Source: Actinomycetes bacterium
GTDB lineage: Bacteria > Actinomycetota > Acidimicrobiia > Acidimicrobiales > Bog-793
NCBI GenBank assembly: GCA_021818615.1
Contig: JAKATT010000136.1
Location: forward strand, 37,981 to 101,980
DNA length: 64,000 nucleotides
Direction of reading: 5' to 3'
Positions 1 through 8,354 of this stretch are shown piece after piece. The translations under genes were made by a program, and so were the position numbers. Each line of letters starts with the position of its first letter. Within the stretch, counting starts at the first letter, position 1. Below the pieces are notes generated by a model. That model saw only the letters and a program-made list of their open reading frames with translations, was not told the origin of the DNA and did no database searches.

Positions 1-648
1 GTAGAGGGTGAGAACCGTCCGCTCACGGTCGCCGAGCGAGGAGATCGCCCGAGCGAGGAGCCGGCGAGTCTCGTTCTTCTCCACTACTGCCACCGGGCCG
101 TCACCGGTGTCTGCCAAGGTGTCGCCCAGAGTGCTCGGACCCTGCTGGCCGAAGAGCATCTCATCGAGCTGGAGGATGCCGGCCCTTGTCGTTTGGCGCA
201 GCAACGAGTCGAGCTCCTGGGGCGTGAGACCGAGCTCGGTGGCGAGCTCCTCGTCTGTGGGCGAGCGCCGCAGCTTGTGCTCGAGCTTGTTGTAAGCCTG
301 GTCGGCCGCCCTCGCCTTGGCTCGAACCGAGCGCGGCACCCAGTCGATCGACCTCAACTCGTCGAGGATGGCGCCTCGGATGCGCGGCACGGCATAGGTC
401 TCGAACTTGACACCCCGCTCCGGGTCGTACTTCTCGATCGCGTCGATCAACCCGAGGATTCCGTAGCTCACCAGGTCGGCCTGATCGACCGAGTCCGGCA
501 GGCGTGACATGACCCGCCCGGCCACGAATTTGACGAGCGGCGAGTAGTGCAGGATCAGGCGGTCGCGGGCCGACCGGTCCGGCGCGAGCCGGTAGTCGCC
601 CCACAGCTCCCCGACCGTCTCTATGCGCTGGACCTCGATCGCCATCAT
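1..648 (-). CDS. FliA/WhiG-type (sigma-28 family) sigma factor, C-terminus beyond window edge
   Basis: Absent from ORF track (runs off edge). Reverse translation from ATG 646-648: MMAIEVQRIETVGELWGDY..LILHYSPLVKFVAGRV..GILGLIDAIEKYDPERGVKFETYAVPRIRGAILDELRSIDWVPRSVR..RERTVLTLY. This covers sigma-70 regions 2, 3 and the start of 4. ATGA overlap with xerC stop. Confidence 0.8.
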   Translation of the reverse strand, partial: MMAIEVQRIETVGELWGDYRLAPDRSARDRLILHYSPLVKFVAGRVMSRLPDSVDQADLVSYGILGLIDAIEKYDPERGVKFETYAVPRIRGAILDELRSIDWVPRSVRAKARAADQAYNKLEHKLRRSPTDEELATELGLTPQELDSLLRQTTRAGILQLDEMLFGQQGPSTLGDTLADTGDGPVAVVEKNETRRLLARAISSLGDRERTVLTLY

Positions 649-1592
649 GCCCTCGGGTGGGCGTTGCGGTAGGCACCGACGAGGCGTTCGGTGGAGACGT
701 GAGTGTAGACCTCGGTGGTACGCAGGCTCGAGTGACCGAGCAGCTCCTGTACGACGCGGAGGTCGGCTCCCCCATCCAGCAGGTGCGTGGCGTAGGTGTG
801 CCGAATGGCGTGGGGATGGGTCGGCACGGGCGATCGGCGGTCGAGCACGCGCCGGACGTCGCGGGGAGTCATACGATTCCGTCGGGCGTTCACGAACAAC
901 GCGTCCATCGGCTCGGAGCCGTCCGAGAGCAGGCGCCGGGCCTGCCCGAGATAGGCGGCCACGGCATCGGCAGCCGGCTCGGAGATGGGCACGCGTCGCT
1001 GCTTCGAGCCTTTGCCCCAAACGGTGACGCTCAAGGATGGGAGGTCGACATCGCCGACATCGAGGCTGCAGAGCTCGCCGACTCGAAGCCCACTGCCGTA
1101 GAGCAGCTCAAGGACGGCATCGTCCCGCATTCGTATGGCAGGCTCCTGCTCCTCCAGGCAAGCTCGGCCTCCTTCGAGCAGCATCTCCATCTCCGAGGAG
1201 GACAGCACCCGCGGCAGGCGGGCGTCACCGGCAGGAGCAAAGAGGCGGCAGGCCGGGTCGGCGTCGACGAAGCCTGAGCGCTTCAGCCACGCGAAGTACC
1301 TCCGCAGAGACGATGCCTTGCGAGCGATGCTCCGCTTGGCGAAGCGGCGCGTGGTGAGGTGGGCGAGATAGCGCCGGAGCACCAGGCGATCGACCGCGGC
1401 AGGGTCGGTGACTCCCGCGCGCTCCAGCCAGTCGAGGAAGGCTGCGACGTCCCCCGCGTACGCGCCACGAGTTGCCGCCGACTCCCCGGCGAGCGAGCGC
1501 ACGAACCCCTCCAGTTCGAAGCCCACGCCGTAAACGGTACCTGAGCCAAGCGGCCACCCGCGACAGAGGTCTCCAAAGTGGCTCCGAGCCAT
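645..1592 (-). CDS. xerC: Tyrosine recombinase XerC/XerD family
   Basis: N-terminal SAM-like domain (AYAGDVAAFLDWL, LRRYLAHL); catalytic C-terminus HPHAIRHTYATHLLDGGADLRVVQELLGHSSLRTTEVYTHVS. Start placed at ATG 1592 (MARSHF) rather than the ORF maximum at 1643. XerC vs XerD not resolvable by eye. Confidence 0.85.
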   Translation of the reverse strand: MARSHFGDLCRGWPLGSGTVYGVGFELEGFVRSLAGESAATRGAYAGDVAAFLDWLERAGVTDPAAVDRLVLRRYLAHLTTRRFAKRSIARKASSLRRYFAWLKRSGFVDADPACRLFAPAGDARLPRVLSSSEMEMLLEGGRACLEEQEPAIRMRDDAVLELLYGSGLRVGELCSLDVGDVDLPSLSVTVWGKGSKQRRVPISEPAADAVAAYLGQARRLLSDGSEPMDALFVNARRNRMTPRDVRRVLDRRSPVPTHPHAIRHTYATHLLDGGADLRVVQELLGHSSLRTTEVYTHVSTERLVGAYRNAHPRA

Positions 1593-1641
1593 GAAAAGAG
1601 AAGTGGATGCCGGTACCCGAGCAGTGCGAGAAGATAGGGGC

Positions 1642-2334
1642 ATGGCGAGCCGGGTACTCCTTGTTGAAGACGACGAGCGGATCAGAGCCTCGATGAGGCT
1701 GTCTCTCGAGGACGAGGGCTATGAGGTCGAGGAGGCAGAGAGTGGTGAGGACGCCCTCGAGGCTCACGCCCGTGCGCTCGTCGCCCAGCCATTCGATCTT
1801 CTCGTAGTCGACATCATGCTTCCGGGGATGGACGGCTTCGACTGCTGCAGAGAGCTCCGCAAGGCGAGTGCAGTGCCCATCATCATGGTGACGGCACGAA
1901 CCGACACCCACGACGTGGTCGCCGGCCTCGAGGCAGGCGCCGACGACTACGTCACGAAACCATTCGAGCCGAAGGAGCTCGCCGCGCGCATTCGCGCCCT
2001 GCTCCGCCGGGCTCGGACCACCGATGGCGGACCAGTCTCGCTCACCTTCGGTGACCTCGAGATCCTCCCCGAGGCCGGTGTCGTGAGGAGGGACGGTGAG
2101 GAGGTCCACCTCACCCGCACCGAGTTCCTCCTCCTCTGCGAGCTCGCGGCGAACACCGGTAGGGTCCTCTCGCGAGAGCAACTCCTCGAACGCGTATGGA
2201 GCTATGACTACTTCGGGGACGGCCGCCTCGTGGACGTCCACATCCGCCGCCTGCGAACCAAGGTGGAGCGCGACCCGAGCGATCCGCGTCATGTCCTCAC
2301 CGTTCGCGGCCTTGGGTACAAGCTGGCGCCTTGA
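1642..2334 (+). CDS. OmpR-family response regulator (MtrA-like position)
   Basis: MASRVLLVEDDERIR..DLLVVDIMLPGMDG receiver domain. Winged-helix C-terminus: LTRTEFLLLCELAANTGRVLSREQLLERVWSYDYFGDGRLVDVHIRRLRTKVE. Confidence 0.88.
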   Translation: MASRVLLVEDDERIRASMRLSLEDEGYEVEEAESGEDALEAHARALVAQPFDLLVVDIMLPGMDGFDCCRELRKASAVPIIMVTARTDTHDVVAGLEAGADDYVTKPFEPKELAARIRALLRRARTTDGGPVSLTFGDLEILPEAGVVRRDGEEVHLTRTEFLLLCELAANTGRVLSREQLLERVWSYDYFGDGRLVDVHIRRLRTKVERDPSDPRHVLTVRGLGYKLAP

Positions 2335-3938
2335 GGTCGTCCGGCGCCCACCTTCACCCCTCGCCCTCGAGGGATCGACGGGTGGACGAGCCGCGAGGGC
2401 GGGCGTTGCGCCAGTCGAAGGCGACGCCTGGCGCCACGGCAGCTGGCGGCACGCCCGCCGGAGCAACCGGGCGCGGCCGCGCCCGCGCCCGGTCAGAGAA
2501 CGGCCCATCCCGCCAGGGCGAGTCGCGACTGACGCGTCGCAGGCCGCGCCGCCATCTCGGCCTCCGGGCCCGAGTCACTACGACGTTCGCGCTCGGTGCC
2601 CTCGTGCTGTCCGGGACGCTCGCCTCGATCACGTACTTCTCGGTGCGCAGCTCCGTGCTCAACCAGCAGGAGCTGTCTCTGCGACACGAGGCGCTCGGAA
2701 GTGCCGTTCTCATGAGCGGCCAGCTGCAGCACGCAGTTCCGGACTACGTCGGGCTGCTCGCATCCGTGGACGCCACCCGAGGGTCGCAGTCCTTCCTCTA
2801 CAAGAACTCCGAGTGGTACGTCTCGGCGCCGACGCTGCTTCCGAATGACCTCCCTCGACGGCTTCGCCAGATCGTTCTCTCGGGGGTCGCGGCTGAACAG
2901 CTGGTCTTGCTGAACGGGACACCTCACCTCGTCGTCGGGGTCCCGGTGAAGTCCGTGAAAGCCGACTTCTTCGAGGTCTTCGACCTCGGCGACATCTCCC
3001 GCACCCTGCATGTGCTCCTCGTGTCCCTCGTCCTCGCTGCCGCCGCTACGACTCTTGGAGGAGCGGTCCTCGGCAGCTGGGGCGCGTCTCGGGCGCTGCG
3101 ACCACTGCACGAAGCCGCCGAGGCAGCGCTCGCCATCGCGAGTGGGCGTCTCGACACCCGCCTCGAGGCAGAAGACTACGCGGACCTCGCCGTCCTCACC
3201 TCGGCCTTCAACCGGATGGCCGACCGCCTGCAGGAGCGGGTCGAGCGCGAGGTCCGCTTCACCTCCGACGTCAACCACGAGCTGCGGTCACCCCTTACGA
3301 CTCTCGCCGCCTCGCTCTCCGTCCTCGAAGGCCGCCGGGACGAACTGCCCGAGCGCTCCCGGAGGGCGCTCGACCTCCTTGGTGCCGAAGTCAGGCGCTT
3401 CCGCCGGCTCGTCGACGACCTGCTCGAGATCTCTCGCCTCGACGCCGGGCTCGGCGAGATCAACAAGGATGAAGTGAGCCTCGGTGCCCTCGTCCGCCAC
3501 AGCGTGGAGGCGACGGGCATCCCGGTCCTGATCGACCTCGACGACGAGGTGGGCGAACGGCGGGTCGTGATCGACAAGGTTCGTTTCGAGCGGATAGTGG
3601 CCAATCTTCTCGAGAACGCCCGCCACTACGCCGGGGGGGCAACTCGATTCGTGGTCGAGGCTGACGGCGACGTCGGCCGCTTCGCGATCGAGGACAGAGG
3701 TCCGGGCGTCGCCCCGGGCGAACGAGACAGGATCTTCGACCGCTTCTCACGGGGAACGAGCGCGAAACGACGCGGCGCGGGCGAAGGCACCGGCCTCGGC
3801 CTCGCCATCGTCTCGGAGCACGCTCGCGCCCTGAAAGGCCGCGTCTGGGTCGAGGCCAACGGCAGCCGCGGCGCCCGCTTCGTCGTCGAGCTGCCTATCC
3901 TGCCCGTCGACGGCGGCTCCGAGGAGACGGTCCCGTGA
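2331..3938 (+). CDS. Sensor histidine kinase (HAMP-HisKA-HATPase; MtrB-like position)
   Basis: TM segment TTTFALGALVLSGTLASITYF; HAMP (LRPLHEAAEAALAIASGRLDTRL..FNRMADRL); H-box FTSDVNHELRSPLTTL; N/G boxes LLENARHYAG, DRGPGV, GTGLGLAIV. TTG start overlaps the regulator stop; true start uncertain. Confidence 0.8.
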   Translation: MRSSGAHLHPSPSRDRRVDEPRGRALRQSKATPGATAAGGTPAGATGRGRARARSENGPSRQGESRLTRRRPRRHLGLRARVTTTFALGALVLSGTLASITYFSVRSSVLNQQELSLRHEALGSAVLMSGQLQHAVPDYVGLLASVDATRGSQSFLYKNSEWYVSAPTLLPNDLPRRLRQIVLSGVAAEQLVLLNGTPHLVVGVPVKSVKADFFEVFDLGDISRTLHVLLVSLVLAAAATTLGGAVLGSWGASRALRPLHEAAEAALAIASGRLDTRLEAEDYADLAVLTSAFNRMADRLQERVEREVRFTSDVNHELRSPLTTLAASLSVLEGRRDELPERSRRALDLLGAEVRRFRRLVDDLLEISRLDAGLGEINKDEVSLGALVRHSVEATGIPVLIDLDDEVGERRVVIDKVRFERIVANLLENARHYAGGATRFVVEADGDVGRFAIEDRGPGVAPGERDRIFDRFSRGTSAKRRGAGEGTGLGLAIVSEHARALKGRVWVEANGSRGARFVVELPILPVDGGSEETVP

Positions 3939-4570
3939 CAAGAGTCGGCGGCCGGTCGCGATGCAGCCACGGGTGCGCTCTTCTCGTGCTCGCGGCATCG
4001 CTCTCTTGCGGGCTTGGCCTCGGTCTCACAGGCTGTGGCGTCCCGGTGAGCGCCTCGCCACAGCCGCTGTCCGCCGGGCTGCTACCAAAGGCTCTCTCGG
4101 AGAGCCTCCCGACGCTTCCTCCCCCGAAGCCGCTCTCGGCGCGCGACGTCCCTGTCCCGATCTACCTGGTGAACCCGCTGCAACGCCTCGTCATCGAAGC
4201 GCGCATCGTGGCCAAGCCGCTCACCGCCCAGAGCGTGCTCGATGTGCTCGAGCAAGGGCCGCTGCCACACGAGTCCCAGGCCGGCCTGTTCACGGCGTTG
4301 CTGCCTGGCTCGCATCTGAGCGTGCTGGCGGTAGCGCACGGCGTTGCCAAGGTGCAGCTCGACAACAACTTCTTCGAGCTGGTCGGAGAGTCAGCAGTGC
4401 TCGAGCTGGCACAGATCGTCGACACGTTGACCAAGGCGCTGCCCCAGAAGGTGAAGTCAGTGCAGTTCTACTTCGATGACGTGCCGACGGAGGCCGAGAT
4501 CGGGAACGGCAGCCTCGTAGCGCGGCCGGTGACGCCGAAAGACTATGCATCGCTCGTCCAGCAGAGCTGA
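3935..4570 (+). CDS. Small lipoprotein with GerMN-like domain (occupies the lpqB position)
   Basis: Signal plus lipobox ALLVLAASLSCGLGLGLTGC. GerMN-like core: VPIYLVNP..AQSVLDVLEQGP..AKVQLDNNFF..LAQIVDTLTKA..VQFYFDDVP. GTGA overlap with kinase stop. Confidence 0.65.
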   Translation: MTRVGGRSRCSHGCALLVLAASLSCGLGLGLTGCGVPVSASPQPLSAGLLPKALSESLPTLPPPKPLSARDVPVPIYLVNPLQRLVIEARIVAKPLTAQSVLDVLEQGPLPHESQAGLFTALLPGSHLSVLAVAHGVAKVQLDNNFFELVGESAVLELAQIVDTLTKALPQKVKSVQFYFDDVPTEAEIGNGSLVARPVTPKDYASLVQQS

Positions 4571-4612
4571 ACTGTCCCACCTGAATCTGGGCCGCGTACG
4601 GGAAGCTCGACT

Positions 4613-4630
4613 GGCCCGCTGTTGCGGGCC
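4613..4630. terminator. GC hairpin between convergent lipoprotein gene and rsfS
   Basis: GGCCCGC-TGTT-GCGGGCC, a perfect 7-bp stem with 4-nt loop in the 74-nt convergent gap. No U-tract. Confidence 0.3.
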
Positions 4631-4644
4631 AACCCGGGCGGGCC

Positions 4645-5016
4645 TCAGGATCCGAGGTGGGCGGCGCCCGCCACGGCCTGCCAGTCGAGCCGGGGTGCGT
4701 CACCCCACAGGCGCTCCAGGTCGTAGTAGGACCGAGCCTCGTCATTGAACACGTGCACTACGAAGTCGCCGTAGTCCATCAGCACCCAGCGGGCGTCGTC
4801 CAACCCCTCGATGCATCGCGGGCTGCCGCCGCCCTCTCTCCTCACGCGATGCTCGACCTCCTCGGCGATCGCCCGGACCTGGCGATCGTTTGTCCCGCTC
4901 GCTATCACGAAGTAGTCGGTGATGGCGAGCAGATCGCCGACCTCGATCACCACCGCCGGCTCGGGCGTCTTCGACGACGACGCCTCCGCAGCTAGGACGG
5001 TGTAATCCACCGTCAC
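4645..5016 (-). CDS. rsfS: Ribosome silencing factor RsfS
   Basis: AITDYFVIASGTNDRQVRAIAEEVEHRV..RWVLMDYGDFVVHVFNDEARSYYDLERLW. Start placed at GTG 5016 (124 aa); the longer ORF would overlap nadD. Confidence 0.85.
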   Translation of the reverse strand: MTVDYTVLAAEASSSKTPEPAVVIEVGDLLAITDYFVIASGTNDRQVRAIAEEVEHRVRREGGGSPRCIEGLDDARWVLMDYGDFVVHVFNDEARSYYDLERLWGDAPRLDWQAVAGAAHLGS

Positions 5017-5095
5017 GCGTGACCGACCGCCGGCTCGGGTCGACCCGCAAACTCGCCAGGCTGGACGCCCCGCTTCGGACGAAGGAAGCTTCTGC

Positions 5096-5695
5096 TCATC
5101 TCTCCTGACCATACAGGCAACGCTCGCGGAGCACGCGGATGGCGGGCTCCGGGATGAGGAAATCGAGGGGCCGGCCGGTCGCCGAGCGGTCGCGCAGATC
5201 GGTACTGGAGATCTCGAGGGCAGGGATCTCGACGGCATCGGCCTTCCATCGCGCGAGCGGTCCCTCCCGGCCGGGGTTCACGGCAGCGGAACCTGGCCGG
5301 TTGACGACGACGAGCCGTACCCGGGTGCGCACCTCCTCGATCCGCTCCCACGTCCCGAGCTGCATCGCCACGTCAGCGCCGATTACGAGGTGGATCTCAG
5401 CGCCTGGGAAACGCTCCTCGAGCTCCGAGACGGTGTCGGCGGTATAGGAGATGCCTCCGCGGTCGATCTCGAGCGCAGAGGCCTCGATACCCTCGACGCC
5501 CTCTACCGCAGCCCGCACAAGGGCGAGCCGGTCGGCGGCGGGCGTCACGGGTCGCTGGCCGATCTTCTGCCACGGATGATTGGCCACGACGAGAAGGACG
5601 ACATCGAGGCTGAGCTCGTGGCGCACGTTCACCGCCGCCACGAGGTGCCCGACGTGGATGGGGTCGAACGTGCCGCCGAGCAGTCCGATGCGCAT
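5096..5695 (-). CDS. nadD: Nicotinate-nucleotide adenylyltransferase
   Basis: MRIGLLGGTFDPIHVGHL (T/HxGH motif); ISSTDLR near C-terminus. Canonical nadD-rsfS pairing. Confidence 0.9.
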   Translation of the reverse strand: MRIGLLGGTFDPIHVGHLVAAVNVRHELSLDVVLLVVANHPWQKIGQRPVTPAADRLALVRAAVEGVEGIEASALEIDRGGISYTADTVSELEERFPGAEIHLVIGADVAMQLGTWERIEEVRTRVRLVVVNRPGSAAVNPGREGPLARWKADAVEIPALEISSTDLRDRSATGRPLDFLIPEPAIRVLRERCLYGQER

Positions 5696-5740
5696 GCGGC
5701 GCCGGCCGCCTCGCGAGGTCCGTTCCATCGCCGGGGGTGC

Positions 5741-6670
5741 TCAGGTCCCGGCGAGGCGCGCCACCACCGGCGCGAATGGTTCGACATCACCGTCATGCAG
5801 GACCCAGTAGGAGAAACCCATCCGCTCGCGCCGCTCGATCAACGTCTCCACGATCTCGTTCTCGGTGCCGATGAGGACCGCCGGCGAAGCCGCCACCTCT
5901 TCCGGTGGAAAGCCGAACAGCTTGGAGAGCTCCTCGGCGGTCTCTGACCGTGGCGGCCCGAGCTTGGTGGCGAACGTCAGGCTCTGCAGCTCGAGGTCCG
6001 CGAAGCGGTCGCCGGCGTCCTCCCGGACCCAGCCGATCCTCTCCTCGAAACGCCCTCGGGAGACCGATGCCATGGTCTCGGCGTCGATGGCCCCAGACGT
6101 GAGCGACGCGTTGACGCCGATGATGTCGGCGTGCTCCACGGCGAGGCGGAGCATGCGCCTGCCGCCGCCGCCAATGATGAGCGGAGGACCGCCGGGACTG
6201 TGCGGGCGCGGAAACCCCTGGGCGTTGTTCAGCTGGTAGAAGCGCCCATCGAAGTCGACCGTCTCGTCGCTCCAGAGGCCCTTCATCACTCGCACGGCCT
6301 CCTCGAGGCGCCCTATGCGCTCTGCGTGGCCGTCGTAGGCGATGCCGGACTGGTCGTAGTCCGCCTTCAGCCACCCTGCTCCGAGACCGACCTCGAACCG
6401 GCCCTCGCTCAGCAGGTCCAATGTGGCGCACTCCTTCGCGAGGACTAGCGGGTGCCTGTAGTCGTTGTCGAAGACGAGGGAGCCGACCCGGAGCGACGTG
6501 GTCGCCTCGGCGGCGGCTGTGAGCGCCGGGAACTGAGCCCACTGATCGTCGAAGTGGTCCGGCATGAACAACGTCGAGTAGCCGAGCCCCTCGAGCTGGC
6601 GGGCGTAGTCACGCCACGATCGCGCAGTCGCGTGCTTGGAGCACTGCACCGCAAAGCGGAACGGGCGCAT
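5741..6670 (-). CDS. Luciferase-like monooxygenase family oxidoreductase (probably F420-dependent)
   Basis: MRPFRFAVQ..LEGLGYSTLFMPDHF..RFEVGLGAGW..PPLIIGGGGRRMLRLAVEHADIIGVN, an LLM TIM-barrel signature. Cofactor assignment is inference. Confidence 0.7.
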   Translation of the reverse strand: MRPFRFAVQCSKHATARSWRDYARQLEGLGYSTLFMPDHFDDQWAQFPALTAAAEATTSLRVGSLVFDNDYRHPLVLAKECATLDLLSEGRFEVGLGAGWLKADYDQSGIAYDGHAERIGRLEEAVRVMKGLWSDETVDFDGRFYQLNNAQGFPRPHSPGGPPLIIGGGGRRMLRLAVEHADIIGVNASLTSGAIDAETMASVSRGRFEERIGWVREDAGDRFADLELQSLTFATKLGPPRSETAEELSKLFGFPPEEVAASPAVLIGTENEIVETLIERRERMGFSYWVLHDGDVEPFAPVVARLAGT

Positions 6671-6703
6671 TGGACGAGGTTATCCACCACCTAGGCTTGG
6701 GGC

Positions 6704-8095
6704 ATGGAAAGCCGCACGCTCGACGCCGACGCCGCCCTGGCCTCGCCTCCAAGCGGGAGGTGGGCACCGCGGTCGTGGCGGGAGCATCCAGCCCTGCAGT
6801 TGCCCACCTGGCCGGACGCCGCGGTCCTCGACGACGTGGTCATACAGCTGCGAGCGCTCCCCCCCCTCGTCTTCGCCGGTGAGGCCCGCCGTCTCACGAG
6901 AGCGCTCTCTTCGGTCCAGGCCGGCAAGGCCTTCCTCCTGCAGGCCGGCGACTGCGCCGAGTCCTTCGACGAGTTCTCGGCCGACGCCATCAGGGACAAG
7001 CTGAAGGTCATCCTTCAGATGGCCGTCGTCCTCACGTACGGCTCGGGCGTCCCGGTGCTGAAGGTGGGCCGGATCGCCGGCCAGTTCGCAAAGCCCCGGT
7101 CATCGCCTACCGAGCGTGTCGGCGACCTCGAGCTGCCCGTTTTCCGCGGCCATATCGTCAACGACGACCTCCCGGTGCCGGCTGCCCGAGTGCCCGACCC
7201 GAGGCGGATGTTGACCGCCTACCACCAGTCCACCTCGACGCTCAACCTGCTACGGGCGTTCACCAAAGGTGGCTTCGCCGACCTCACCCATGTCCACGCG
7301 TGGAACCAGCAGTTCGTCGCGTCCTCCGCCGAAGGCCGGCGCTACGAGGCAATCGCCGAGGAGATCGATCGGGCGCTGCGCTTCATGACGGCGTGTGGCG
7401 TCGACCTGTCGACCGACTCACCGATCCACCAGGTCGATCTGTTCACAAGCCACGAGGCGCTCCTGCTTGACTACGAGGAGGCGCTCACTCGAGAGGACTC
7501 GCTGAGCGGCGAGTGGTACGACTGCTCGGCCCACATGCTCTGGATCGGCGAGCGGACGCACCAGATAGACGGCGCGCACGTCGAATTCGCCCGTGGCATC
7601 CGCAACCCCATATCGGTGAAGCTCGGACCGGCAGCCGAGCCGGACGAGGTGCTGTCTCTTTGCGAGCGCCTCAACCCAGAGCGGATCCCGGGGCGGCTCA
7701 CGCTCACGAGCCGAATGGGCGTCGACAAGGTGCGGCGGGCGCTCCCGCCGCTAGTCGTCGCGACCGAGCGCGCCGGCCACCCTGTGGTCTGGGCTTGTGA
7801 CCCGATGCACGGCAACACCTTCGCGAGCGAGTCGGGGCGCAAGACCAGGCACTTCGACGACGTCCTCGGCGAGATCCAGGGCTTTTTCGAAGTCCATCGC
7901 CGCTGCGGTACCTGGCCGGGTGGGGTCCACATCGAGCTCACCGGCGACGACGTGACCGAGTGCCTCGGGGGGATAGAGGACATTCTCGAGGAGCAGCTTC
8001 CGCTTCGTTACACGACTGCCTGCGATCCCCGGTTGAATGCCCGCCAGGCGATCGACCTCGCATTTCGCGTCGCCGAACTGCTCCGAGGTGACTGA
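6704..8095 (+). CDS. aroG: Class II 3-deoxy-7-phosphoheptulonate (DAHP) synthase
   Basis: 463 aa. Motifs: FLLQAGDCAESF, GRIAGQFAKPRS, HMLWIGERT, WACDPMHGNT, GGVHIELTG. Confidence 0.9.
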   Translation: MESRTLDADAALASPPSGRWAPRSWREHPALQLPTWPDAAVLDDVVIQLRALPPLVFAGEARRLTRALSSVQAGKAFLLQAGDCAESFDEFSADAIRDKLKVILQMAVVLTYGSGVPVLKVGRIAGQFAKPRSSPTERVGDLELPVFRGHIVNDDLPVPAARVPDPRRMLTAYHQSTSTLNLLRAFTKGGFADLTHVHAWNQQFVASSAEGRRYEAIAEEIDRALRFMTACGVDLSTDSPIHQVDLFTSHEALLLDYEEALTREDSLSGEWYDCSAHMLWIGERTHQIDGAHVEFARGIRNPISVKLGPAAEPDEVLSLCERLNPERIPGRLTLTSRMGVDKVRRALPPLVVATERAGHPVVWACDPMHGNTFASESGRKTRHFDDVLGEIQGFFEVHRRCGTWPGGVHIELTGDDVTECLGGIEDILEEQLPLRYTTACDPRLNARQAIDLAFRVAELLRGD

Positions 8096-8354
8096 GGCAG
8101 CCTGGACAGGCTTGCTCGCTGGTGCTCCCGACGATGTGACGAACCCAGGTGCCCACGTGTGTTTTCTGTGACGCAAGTGGAAATGCCCCGGGAACGCGAC
8201 CTATCATGGAGGCGGTCGGTGCAAGGGTGTCGGGGCGCGGCGGTGTCAAGAGGGGGTCGCCGGTATCGCTGGTCGACACGGCGGCACGCGGCGGAGGGTA
8301 CATAGAGCAGGCGCGTTGCGTCGGCTCCCGATTTGGCAGGGGCTGAGCTTTTAG

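Noticed and set aside
8096-8354. Possible riboswitch (ydaO/c-di-AMP type) in the long leader of the secreted hydrolase-like gene
   Set aside because: I could not recognise the conserved core elements by eye. It is kept only as a suggestion for an Rfam scan, not as a feature.
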